A DNA stretch of 28,690 bases from Peribolospora baueri (GCA_029717555.1 JAMDHS010000020.1:248001-276690), one strand, 5' to 3'; positions 1 to 11,512 are shown, numbered from the stretch's first letter. The notes: generated by a model from the letters alone, not told the origin. Translations and numbers: made by a program.

Positions 1-3000
1 TTGAGGTTCATGAGAATGTGGATGCCGTCTTGGACGACGCGCTCGACGATGCGCTGATTCGACCACGTGGAGACGTCGAGGAAATGCTGCGCCTCCCGCT
101 CGATCTTTTGCCGGTACGGCGATTGATCCGACGCCGTGGTGGCATACAAGAACACGTTGAACCGAGAGCGGTCGTGGAAGCCAAAGACGGACTGCATGAG
201 ATGGGCGAGCGGGTGGTTGTTAAAATCCGAGGACACGTAACCGATGTTGATCTTGGGCTGAGGCGGCGGCGGAGGCGGATATACGTGCTGAGGAAGCCAC
301 ATCTGGCTGAGGGTGGTTTGTGAAATGCGGAGAGCGTTGCGGTGCGAGATGAGCCGGATCTGCCTCGGCGAGAGGGGGTACGTGAAGGTGTGAAACGGCA
401 AAACGGTCGGCACCGATGGAGTGACGAGACAGGGTGGTAGAGGTATGCGACGGTATACGGCGGCGAGCTCGGGCGTTGGGTGGATCATGGGGAACATTCC
501 AGCCACGGCGCTCGCTCGCGTGACCTTTCCGTACGTATCGACGTACCAACGACGCTGCGGCCGAATGAGAGTAACGACAGTGGGTAAGCGGTTGCCTTCA
601 GAGGGAAGAACAGAGGTCGACGTTATGGGCGAACGCCTCGCTCACCTGCATGCGACGAAGCATCCTCTCGATGAGTCGGATGACGAAGCCTCCTTCGTTG
701 ATTTTGGACCCGACACGGTCGAGATTGGTGTAGAACCGCCGAATTCGCTTCTGCCAGACGGCCTTCTTCGCCCCGGGACAGGTCGTTCCCAATGCGGAGA
801 GCACCAGCAGGAGCCAGTCCTCGGGTCTGCCTTCAGATTGGATGACTCCGGCGCCGTATAGAAGCCCCTCGTCGAGCTGCTTGGTCACGAGCTCCGACAC
901 GTTGTCCATCCACCCTCGTTCTCCGGGCCTCTCGGCGTACACCTCCCGCCAGTCGCACACCGCCAGTAACGCGTTGACCAAGCCGCAGAGCGCCTCGGGG
1001 AAACGGGGGTTCACTTGGACGGCGCGGCGGTAGTACTGCACCGAGTCCTGGGTACGACCCATGTCCTTGATGGCGTTTCCGAGGTTGGCGAGGGCGACGT
1101 CGAAACGCGGGTTGCACTCGATTGCTTTCTCGTACATCCTGCATGAGAGTCAAAGAAAGACGGCTCCGAGTGGTTCAGCAACCTCCCGGTGCACGTCAGA
1201 GCGCTGCGCCGCGCCGCGCGTCACATCGATCGTCACTCACCTCACAGCTTCGTTGAGGTGCCCGAGGTCTTTCAGGAGGGAACCGAGGTCTATCGGACGA
1301 GAAAAAAGGGGGGCAAAAAGTTGAGCGCTCGAACCTTCCTCCTCCTCCTCTCGTGACCGAAAAAATCGACCCCGCGAAGAGAGACGTCACTCACTCGTAT
1401 AGAGATGCGCATGAGCGGGATCAAGTTGCAGTCCATAGGTATACCACTGCATGGCCAAGGCCTGACCGTTGAGCTGTTGCTGTTGGCCCATGTTGTTGAG
1501 TACGGTGGTGACGACGGGTATGGAAGAGAGAAGGATGCCGAGGTTGTTGCAAGTCGAAGCGGAAGGATGCAATGCGACGGAGATATAATACAGAGGAAGG
1601 AGGAGAGAGGTCGAAGGAGGCAGACCGCCGAGGGTCAGAGGTCCGTGGGGCCCGCCGACGGGAGACGCCGTTGCGTCCTGGTAGAGCTTGGCGAGGGTGA
1701 GCATGATGGTCGACGTCGTCTGCGACGCTTGCTGAATCGCCTGGGCAGACGCGGTGGCCGCCTGCACGTGTCGGGCCATGGCAGGGAGCGTGCCGTCGGT
1801 GTCGGCAAAGATGTACTTGGTGGCCTGCATGGCGTGCTCGGGAAGGAGCATCGCCGTCGGCAAGACGCCGCCGCCGAGGCGGAGAAGAGTCTGGATGAGG
1901 ACCCCACCAGCGTCGCGGACCATCCTCAGCAATCCGCCGGGGCGGAGAGCGCTGAACATGCCGGCGGTGACCATGGACATCTCGCTGGTGTTGTTGGGGT
2001 TGACACCCAACGCGACGAGAATCTGGGAAGCACCCACGGCCGGCACGTATCCCGGAACGCTGGCGCCGAGGCAGAGGAAGGAGACAACGCAAGTGGCGAC
2101 GACGACATCGCGTAGGTCGTACGCTTCCTGCGCGTTCGCAGACAGGACGATCTCGATGGCCTTTTCATACTCGTCAGCCGCGGGAACGACGCCAGCGTCG
2201 GGCAAGACGTATTTGAGATTGCCTGTGTCGACGAGAAGAAAGACGAGCGAAAAGGTGGCATGAGCGTTTGAGAAGGATGGCAGGTAAGTCTAGTCCAAGC
2301 GTCGACCGTCACTCACCCTTGGCATAGAACAGATTCTGCAGCCTGGACGACTGGTTGGTAGGAACGTGAGGTGGCAGCGGCAAGGGCCGAAGCTGCTGCT
2401 GATGGTGTTGCGCGCCATTCAAGCTTGCCAGGGTGGCGGGGGGACCGACGAGGTGTCGCTCGACAAACTCACAAAGCTGGAGCGCCTCCACGTAGCGCGG
2501 TCCGGACGGGGTGGGCTGCTGCTGCTGCTGCTGCTGCTGCGCTTGCTGAACTTTAGCCGCATCGCCCGCACCGGAAACGACGGGCGGCGGGGTGGGGCTG
2601 CAGAGGACGCCGACGAGGTTATCGAGGGCATCGAAGTAACCGGGGCGGAGCTTGATCGCCTTCCACCACCAGCTCTCCGCCTCTTGCCACCTACCGAGAG
2701 CGCGCAGTGTGGTGCCGATGTTCGACATTGCCTCGACCTGAATCAAGAGCGAAAAAGGGAACAGGTAAGATCAAACGTCGGGCGAGGCGAAGCAAAAGAG
2801 GGCTCACATAGTTCGGGTCAATCCTCAAGATGAGATTGTTGTACCACAAGCTGCTGGCAAGATTGCCGCTAGTGTAGTAGGCGCAACTGAGCAAGAGGAG
2901 CGTGGGGAGGTGGTTGGGATGCAAGTTGTGCAAGGTGTGCAGCAGCGGAAGCAGCGTCGGGTGGAGCTTGGCCTGACCCTGACCCTGCTTCGTCGGCGAT

Positions 3001-6000
3001 GACCCCGCGTCGCCCGCGCCCTGCTGACCTTGACCTTGACCTTGGCCTTGTCGTTGGGACTGTTGAGTCGCGGCGGCTTGCGCGCCGATGGAGTAAAGCG
3101 TGTGCGCGTACTGCAGCAGCTGATCCCTCACTTCTGGCGCGGTCACGCTCACGCCCGCCGCGTTGCTCGCCGCGCTGAGGAGCTGCAGCGGTGTCTGAGG
3201 AAGACCAGAGATGACAGGAGTGGCCGCCGCAGAGGCGTGCAAAGCTTGTTGCTGCTGTAGTATGGCGGCGGGGAAGACCTGACTGGATTGGGCTTGGCTT
3301 TGGACTTGGACCTGGCCTTGGGCGACGCTCGGATCGAACATGCCGACGCCATCCGTGGCCACTTGCGAAGGATCTATATCTTGCGGCTGGAAGTGCTGGT
3401 GGTGATGGTGGTGGTGGTGGTGCTGTTGCTGCTGGAGATGCAACTGCTGACGCGCGGCGGCCGCAAGACCCTCGCCAGTGCTGTAGCCGGCCGTCATAGC
3501 CTGCTGAGTCTGATGGGACGAAAGTAGAGCGGCCTGAACGGAGGTCATCGCCTGCGGCGGCGGCGCCTGCTGCCGATGAGGCTCGAAAGACTGCTGAGCG
3601 GCCAATCCCTCGCCGAGAGAGGTGCCCACCAAGCTAGTACTGCTCAGAGCGCTGCTCGTCCTCGGTCCGCCTAACCCAGCCCGCTGATTGGCCCTCGAGA
3701 CGACCACATGGGCCGGAGGAGACGGCCCGGTACGGCCAAGCGTCGCGAACGGGGATGAGGTGGTGGTGTCGGCGCTCGACCCGGTCGCCCATTGTCCTCC
3801 GGCAAGGCCTTCGCGATGGAGTTGCGTATAGTATCCTTCGGCGAGGGCGCGGAGCTGGGCGCGGTAATGGGAGGCAAAGTCGGGGGGGAAGAAGCTGGTA
3901 GGGTCTGCTGCCTGGAGGGCCGTGCGAGGGCTCGAAGGGACGGTTTGGGTCTTGAGGGCGGAAACATCGGTGTGGACGCCGTCGTGGGCTCGGTGGGAGG
4001 AGCGCTTGGGGTCCTTGTCGTCGGAAATGGCGGCGCCGCTGACGATGCCTTCCTTGATACGCTCCTGTCGCCTTTCGAGCTGCTGCCGAGCCTCCGCCTG
4101 CTTCTCCGGTCCTTCCAGCCCGGCCCACGCTCTGAGCTGGCCTGCGATGGCGTTTTGAAGGGCTCCGTCGAGAGGCCTCCACCCAGCGGCTCCGGCCGTC
4201 GTGCTGGACGGCTCGGACGCTTGTCTGGCCGACGACGGCGGCACAACGATGGTCGATTTTTGGTCTCCGGCGGCAATGTTCGCACTCGACGTCGACGTCA
4301 ACGCGGCGGTGGCGTAAGCAGCGGCGGACGCGAGTGCGGCGTACTCCGCGGGAGAGAAGGTGTGGTAGATGGGCTCGAAGTGGGTGTCGGTGTACTGATC
4401 GTCGAGGGTGTATGCGCCAGGAGCGTCGGAAGCGAACGAGTGCCGCACAGCAGTGGGGCTAGGTGGGCCCCGGTGCAGGTCGGGGAGAGGGTAGGTGTAC
4501 GCTTTGCTGTTCTCCGCGCTCGGCTCCTGAGGTAGCACCGCCGGCGGCCGACCGCCGGCCATGTCCATGTTGTTCGTCGATCCGGCCCGCAAGCGTTCTC
4601 GGGCTTCGCGTGGCACCCACCACTCGGCCCTAGCCGTGCCACCTGGCGTCTGGACGACCTGGAACGGATAGGGCAATCCGGCCATGCCACCACCGACCCT
4701 CCAGGACGGTAGATGGCCGCCGCCCGGAGGGGGAGTGCCGGCACCGGCGAGCGAGGGCGAGGGCGGCGGGGGAAGCATCTGGAGCGGGGGTGTGGGCATG
4801 AGCGGCATGGAGGGCACTCCGGAGAGCGAGAAGGAAGGAAGCGGGATGGACGACAGTCCTAGAGACGATTTCCGAGGCCGCCCGCGTTCCTTTCTGCCGG
4901 CGGCGGTGGCGTCCCCGCCGTCATTGGACGCTTCTGGACGATGATGGACGGTGGCGGAGATGGATGGAGCGGGGGAAGAGTTTTCGCGGACGTTTAAAAA
5001 AGCAGGGGAAGAGGCGACGGAGGAAGAAGATGGTGTTGCGACCCTGCCGCCGGCTTTGAGATGTGCGAGCGTCTTGCTCTGCGCTTCGCCTTCTTGTTTC
5101 GCCGCGCGTGTGGCGATCTCGGTCATCTGCGCTTGGGCACGAGCGGCGGCTTGAGCCTGAACGTCGCGAGCGGCGTAGGCGAGAGAGGGGTCGTTCCTGG
5201 AGGGGAGCGGAAGGGACGCAGTAGCGGCGGCGTGGGAAGCGGTGGCGAAGAGCAAGTCGTCGGTCGAGCCTTGTTGACCATAGGAAGCTTGAGCGGCGGT
5301 CGCCTGAGCCTGAGCCGCCACCAAGGCGGGGTCTTGGCGGCTTCTCGCCGCGGGCGGCGGGTGGAGAGAGGTGGCGGCGGCGGCGGCGGCGGCCGCTGGT
5401 GGTGCGCCGGCTCCAGGTCGTCCTCCACCACCGGGCATCAAGGCTTGCATGGACGTCTGGGAGCCCAGCACGGCGCCGACCGAGGGGATCGTCGCCTCGG
5501 AGGCCCAGTCAACCTGCCATCCTCGAGACTGGGCGATGGAGTGGGCGCCCTGGGCCTGGAGGTGCTGGCTCATGGCCAGGGCGTAATCTCTCGGGTTGGT
5601 GGGCGAGGAGCGCGGCTTGGTGTGAGCGGCCATATAGGAGGGGCCCATGGCGGACTCGTACGACGAGGCCCTTGTCATCGGGACGCCGGCCGGAGGTCGT
5701 TGGGATTGGCCGTTTTGGAGGTGGGTGTGAAGCTGAGCGGCGGCGGCAGGATCGGTGAAACCGGAAGGGAAGGAGGAGCGCGAGCTGGAGAGAGCGCTGT
5801 CGTCGTCGAACTGGGCGGTCGCCTCCGCGTGGGAGTAGCCACTGGCGACACGCATCATCGCGTTCGCCGTCGACCCTATCGGAGCGCCATCAAGGGAGGT
5901 GCCCAGGGGCCGAGCCTTAGGATCGGGGGCGGCGACGACGGCGGCGGCGGGAGGTATGGCGGGCGAGATGCTCATGGCGTCTGGGGAAGAGAGGGGAGGG

Positions 6001-6056
6001 GAAGTGGCGTTGTGGCCGGCGAAGGGATACGTCCGGGAGGAGCGTGGCGGGGACAT
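1..6056 (-). CDS. OGT: O-GlcNAc transferase (UDP-GlcNAc:peptide N-acetylglucosaminyltransferase, GT41, TPR-containing); 3' end lies outside the window
   Basis: Exons (- strand) 6056-2808, 2737-2317, 2222-1395, 1289-1241, 1138-646, 554-<1, all GT..AG and phase-consistent. TPR-like units include VEAMSNIGTTLRALGRWQEAESWWWKAIKLRP, YTNLGSLLKDLGHLNEAVRMYEKAIECNP and DVALANLGNAIKDMGRTQDSVQYYRRAVQVNP. The last exon (absent from the ORF track) reads VLPFHTFTYPL...INIGYVSSDFNNHPLAHLMQSVFGFHDRSRFNVFLYA...DGIHILMNL, matching the OGT N-catalytic lobe (human GYVSSDFGNHPTSHLMQSI). The start codon is the first ATG of the 1121-aa ORF and is not proven. Confidence 0.95.
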
Positions 6057-6579
6057 GATGGCGGGTAGATTGAGCGGTGCGTAGGTACCCTCCGTCTAAA
6101 TGTTGCTGTTGACGAGTAGAAGAATAAATGTGGCGGCGTTGAAGGGGAAGGCCAGGCGGGAAGGGTGCAAGATCACGACAATGACAGCCCACTCGGCGGC
6201 TGCTCATGCGACATCGGATCGAAGGCACGAGGGGAGGTGCGGGTGACGGAGGTGAGCTGCGCCGACCAACGGGACGAAAGGAAGGGGAGGAGGAGTGGGC
6301 GAGATGGAGGGGAAGAGGGAAGAGAAGGAAGCGATATCTATGCGGTGAGGAGGAGGTTACAGACTGAAATGGTCGATGGGAACGAACGAAAGAACGACGA
6401 TCGGTGGAGGGATGATGGAAATGGGAGGAAGGCGGTCGGTACGGGGGCTGCGGTGACGTCGTTGAGCACGTGCGTCATCGAATCGAATCGAACTGCGGCT
6501 GCGGCTGCGGCCGCCGCGTTATAGGCGACTGCGGACCCGAGTCCGGTCTGTCCGTCGCTGGCGCAAACGGCGCGGAGGT

Positions 6580-6631
6580 ACTCGTTTGTCAGTCTGTGCG
6601 AGCGCAAGGACTCGTTTTTCTGTCTGTGCGA
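6580..6631. repeat. Short imperfect direct repeat, 30-bp period
   Basis: ACTCGTTTGTCAGTCTGTGCGA (6580-6601) vs ACTCGTTTTTCTGTCTGTGCGA (6610-6631), 20/22 identical. Confidence 0.8.
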
Positions 6632-6770
6632 CGGCGGTCGTGATCCGGGCGGGGAGCGTCGACACGGCTGGCGTGCACTGGGGTTGTTTTTCGTTGGGAA
6701 GACGAGATGACACCACATAGCCATGCATCATCCCTAACGACGTGCGACGACAGATAGACGATCGTCGATC

Positions 6771-6887
6771 CGACCGGAGGTCTCATCCTTTCTTCGGCTA
6801 GGCTGTTCTATTCGCTTCACTCATCAGGTCGACCGGCGGTCTCGTCCTTTCATCGGCTAGGCTGTCTATTCGCTTCCCTCATCTGGG
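6771..6887. repeat. Imperfect tandem duplication of a ~59-bp unit
   Basis: CGACCGGAGGTCTCATCCTTTCTTCGGCTAGGCTGTTCTATTCGCTTCACTCATCAGGT (6771-6829) is followed directly by CGACCGGCGGTCTCGTCCTTTCATCGGCTAGGCTGT-CTATTCGCTTCCCTCATCTGGG (6830-6887); about 7 differences. Confidence 0.9.
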
Positions 6888-8354
6888 ACGGCATCGCGAC
6901 CGTCTCGAACGAACAACAAAGTGATGTGGACGGCGACGACGCCGTTGAGGAACACGTTGAACCGCCGATGTAAGGCGGATCGATGGCTGTACGGCTGAAA
7001 GGAGAGATTGGTCGCCGTCTTTGCGCTTGTCAACGAAGCAAACACTCTTGGAAAAAATTTGATTTTTAAAACGAAAACAAAACGATTTACATCGTCGTGA
7101 TGTCATCCATATCATTCTCGGCAGATTGTGAACGGGCCTCTCGAGCTGCTGCGTCGGGGAGGGCAAAGCTGTGATTGTGATGGTGGATGGCCTGACTCGG
7201 GTGCGAAGAAAGAAGCCTTGTTTCGGCGAAGAGCGCCGTCGACGTCGACGATGGAGCTCCTTTTTGCACCGCTGCGGATACGGTACATATATACAACGGG
7301 TGGTGGACGGCAGCGTCGGTGGCCCTTTGTTCATTCTTTCGTCGACCCGCCCGTCTATTCGTCCCTCGTACGCCGATCTCTCCTGTCCGCGCGCGGTCCA
7401 TGTCATGTCGTGCGGAGCGCGGTAAGAAACGAAAAACGCGCATAGGGTTTCCGGTCGAGGCACGGCACGGACCGAACCGAATCATCCGTCGTTCGTCGGT
7501 GGGGCGTCGGGACATTACATTAATAAAAGCGGTTTCTTTCTTTCTATTTTTCTTTCCTTTTGTCTTTTTCTTTCTTTCTTTTGTCGTTTTCCCTTGTCGT
7601 CCGACCGTTCCTTCCTTTGGGGAGTGCACAAGACAAGAACGGCGTGCGGGTTGAAATCGACGAGTCGGTGATCTCGCAGGTGTTTCGATAGTGACGCAGT
7701 TCGTAGTTCATTCATTCGTTCGTCGGCTGGTGTCCGTCCGTAGTCCGCCCGGTCAAGTCGACTTGTATGTGTGTGCGCACTGTTTCGAACTAGGCGACTG
7801 GACGGGTGCCGCAGTCATCCCATAACCCCATACCGATTCCTTGCTTTACTTTACTTTTGCTAATCCGTCGAATACAATGAGTACACGTGAGGGACGGGGA
7901 CGACTGCGGCGACGAGGAGAGAGCCCATTGTGGTGTGCCTGCCTGTGTCCGCTTGTGTCCGCCGCTGCCTCCGCCTAACTCTGCCTGCCTCGCCTCGCCT
8001 CGGCCGCGTCCGTGCCGTGTGCATCCCACATCTCCTTTCCCTTTCCCTCTTCGCCCTCCGACTTTCCTCGACTCGACCTCCGACTCGGACTCGGACTCGG
8101 ACTCGCTCGCTCCTCATCGCCATCATCCCCGTTCCTTCCTCCTCCTCCTCCCTTCTGCAATCCGCCTTGCTCTCCTCGCCCTCGCCCTCGCACCCGCCAT
8201 CCCGCCGCCGCGAGCCCGCGCTCTCGGCCGCCCTGCACCCGCACCCGTACCTCCATCCATCCTCCCGACAACCGACAGACAGACAGCCCGCTCTCGCCGC
8301 GCGAGACACTGACACCGACATCGACACCCGGACGCTGCTCTTCACCCCCCGGCC

Positions 8355-8375
8355 ATGTCCGCCGTCGACGTCTGA
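8355..8375 (+). promoter_or_regulatory. Candidate uORF (MSAVDV*) in the leader of the ARID gene
   Basis: GCC-ATG TCC GCC GTC GAC GTC TGA. It is the only + strand ATG I found between ~7880 and the main ATG at 9023. The transcription start is unknown. Confidence 0.4.
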
Positions 8376-8692
8376 AGAACGGACAAGCCAAACGGCAGCG
8401 GCGACGTCGGACGAACGAACGTGCGTGCCCGTCGCGCTCGCTCTCGCTCTCGCCCTCGCCCTCGTCGGGAGAGAGTGAACGGAAGGTACGAGGAAGGAAG
8501 GAAAGAAGCAAGAAGAAAAGAAGATTAAGAACACAAGAACAACACCCCCCGCGCTCTCACCGAGGACGGTTAGCAACCGCGGCGGCGGCGACAACGACGA
8601 CGCCGACGGCGACCGCGACGTCGGCCAGAGTCAGCTCCAGCTTGGACTGATTACCGCTCTCGGTTTCTATCCGACCGACGACGGCGTCTTGT

Positions 8693-8754
8693 CCATCCAT
8701 CCATCCATCCATCTAACCACCTAACCATCTAACCATCTAACCATCCAACTATCC
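8693..8754. repeat. (CCAT)n microsatellite grading into (CTAACCAT)n
   Basis: ccatccatccatccatccatctaaccacctaaccatctaaccatctaaccatccaactatcc. Confidence 0.85.
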
Positions 8755-9022
8755 AGTCCTCGTCTTCCTCTCCATCCTCCGTGCCCCATCCTCTCCATCC
8801 CCTCCTCCCTTCCGCGCCGCCGCCCCTCGATACCGTCTCATCCTCCCCATCCTCCTTCCCTCGCCACACCGCGCCGCCTCCGCTCTCATAACACCCTCGC
8901 ATAAGCCTCGGCCGTCAACGTGACGACCATCTTCGCGGCTTACCCCCCTCGAGATATATCCATTACCGCTGCCCCCTCCACCGCCGGCATTCTAACCCGC
9001 ACACGCGCAGCGCATCGTCGAC

Positions 9023-10942
9023 ATGGCCAACTCCAACCCCCAACTCTGGCTCCAGCTTCAGGCCTCCCAGGCCGCCCAGGCAGCCGCCGCCGCCGCTCAG
9101 TCCGTCAACCAGGGCGCCCACACCAATCTCCAGCAGCAGCAGCCGGGCCAGGCCCAGCAGCAACAACAACAACAGCAACAGCAGGCCATCTTGAACAACC
9201 TCAACCTCAGCCTCGGCATGGGCCTCGGACCTGGCCCTGGACCTGTATCTGGACCTGGACCGCCGATGGGTATGCCTCACGGGCAGACTCAGCAGCCCCC
9301 GCCCGTGTTCGCCACCAATCCCGCCGCCGCCGCTTTGGCCGGCCTCCCTCCTAACAACGGCGGTCCCCGCCTGCCTCCCGTCGTCATCGCCGCCCTCTTG
9401 GAAATGCAGAAGCAGCAGCACCAGTCCGGCACACCGCCAAGCCCCGCCTTTGTCCAGTTTCAAAAGGTCGCCGAGCTCGTTCAGCAGGGCAAGCTCACGC
9501 CGGAGCAGATCAACCAGGTGAGTCCAGTAACTCCGTCGGATCGATCCACCTTCCGGTACTCCACCGGACCGTCGGTTCACCCCACCCTCTCGTCTCCTCC
9601 TTCTCCGCGATAGTACGGAGAGGCCGTCATCAAGGCCTTCCACAACATGCAGGCCGCGCGACGACAAGGCCAGCCTCATGGACCCGGCCAGCAGCAGCCT
9701 CAGCCATCCTCACAGCAGCCTCAGCCGATTGCTGCAGTCCAGCAGCAGCAGCAGCAGCAACAGCAGCAACAACAACAACAACAGCAGCAGCAGCAGCAGC
9801 AGCAGCAGAGGATGGCACAGGTACAAGGCATGCCACCCCAACAGACACGTCCGCCCGTTGGATTTCCCGCCGGCATATCCATGTCGCCGTTTCAACAGCA
9901 CGCCGGCAGAGTCGGCCCAGGCGCCGGCGGCCCCCAGCCCGGTCCTTCGACGGCGCCGATGCAGAACGTCGCCGGCGCGCCTGGCGGTGGGGCTCCGACC
10001 GGCGCGGGTGCTGGTGCGGGCGCGGCGAACAGCGCGTTGGCCAGCATGACCCCTCAGCAGCTGCAGGCCATGCTCCGCAACTTGCATGCGAGGATAGGTG
10101 CGCTGGAACAGGCGCTGAATGGTCAGGGGCCTCACCACGCTAGCCTCGACAGGCAGAAGGCGCAAGTGCAGCTCAACCAGTGGAAGGTAGCACAGGCAAA
10201 TATTATCCAGCACTTGCGCGTGCAGAGCGCTCAGGCTCAGGCCCAGGCCCAGGCCCAGGCTCATGCTCATGCTCAGGCCCAGGCTCAGGCCCAAGCTCAG
10301 GCTCAGGCTCAGGTTCAGGCGGGGGGGCATCAAGAGCCCGACGCCGGTGGCCGACCTCCTCAAATCGGATCGTCGCCTGCCATCCAGCCCGCGTCGGTGG
10401 CAGGTCCTAGTGTCGGTAGGTCATGGCCTCCCGTCGGCCAGGCTCCTCAACCGAACCAGATGACCGGCGTCCAACACCAGCAGGCTATGCTTCAACAGCA
10501 GCAGCAGCAGCAGCAGACTCCACAGCAGGTCCGCTCGGGCGCTCCCCAGCCTTCTGGCGGTCCTCCCGGCGGCTCCGCCAACAGCGCGCCCGGGATGTCT
10601 TCCCAGCCTGGTGGCAGCTTTAATAGGCCCGTCAGTCTGGCCGGCCTGCAGCCGGACAAGTTCCCGATCATCTACAAGAACCTGATGGACCGCCGCGGCA
10701 CGCCGCTCTCGCACTACCCGGAGCTCGAGGGCGGCACGCTTGACTTCTTCCCCCTCGCCCAGGCCGTCCTCAACCGCGGCGGCTTCTCGAAAGTGACCAG
10801 CACGCCCAACGGGTGGGCCATGATTGCCGCCACGCTCGGCTTCTCCACCGCCGTGGCGCACAACATTGCCGAGATTTACGGCAAATGGTTGATCCCGTTC
10901 GAGGAGGTGTATATGAAGGCGGTTAATTTTCAAAAGATGCAA

Positions 10943-10984
<42 letters not shown>

Positions 10985-10987
10985 CAA

Positions 10988-11067
<80 letters not shown>

Positions 11068-11477
11068 ACTTCAGCAGCAGCAGCAAACTCCCCAGATGGC
11101 GCCGCAGGGGAACCCGACGCAGGTGAGTTTGGGCGAGACGTCGTGCCGTTTCGCAGTGCGTTCGGTTGACTGACGCGGTCTGTACCGTTCTTCGTTTCGC
11201 TTCACGCAGCCCGTTCCTCACCAGCCGGGCCTTCAGCAGGTTGGCATGTTGACCTCTCCCCAACAGCCAGTGCACATGTCCGGAGGTCCCGGGCCAGCAC
11301 AAGGACAGGCACAAGGACAAGGGCCGTCGCCTGTCTATCTCAACGCTCAGTTGGCCATGTTCCAGAACATGACGCCCCAGCAGCTGTCGTCCATCATGAC
11401 GCCGCAACAAATTTCGCAGCTCCAGCAGATGCTCCAGCGACAAGTCGCCGCCGCGCCCGGTCGGTTGCCACCTCATC

Positions 11478-11512
<35 letters not shown>

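Noticed and set aside
6096..6480. Possible 5'-UTR introns and uORFs of OGT (- strand TAG acceptors near 6096 and 6338; MSHEQPPSGLSLS* from 6214)
   Set aside because: Donor sites are ambiguous and the TSS is unknown, so too many alternative models fit.
6771..6887. CRISPR-like or mobile-element reading of the tandem repeat
   Set aside because: There are only two adjacent copies with no spacer, terminal inverted repeats or cas/transposase gene, and the context is eukaryotic.
7237..7250. 14-bp palindrome CGTCGACGTCGACG
   Set aside because: GTCGAC/CGACG words are very common in this window, so a chance occurrence is likely.
7400..7825. Possible small spliced + strand gene (ATG 7400, GTAAGA donor 7422, CAG 7679)
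   Set aside because: The product is short and unrecognisable, and there is no clear branch site. It cannot be supported without RNA data.
6879..8650. Several 100-240 aa ORFs in the OGT-ARID intergenic region
   Set aside because: They are low-complexity translations of simple repeats and purine/pyrimidine tracts, mostly with non-ATG starts and overlapping in many frames.
8712..8745. Telomere-like reading of the CTAACC units
   Set aside because: The unit is CTAACCAT (8-mer) derived from the flanking CCAT microsatellite, not CCCTAA.
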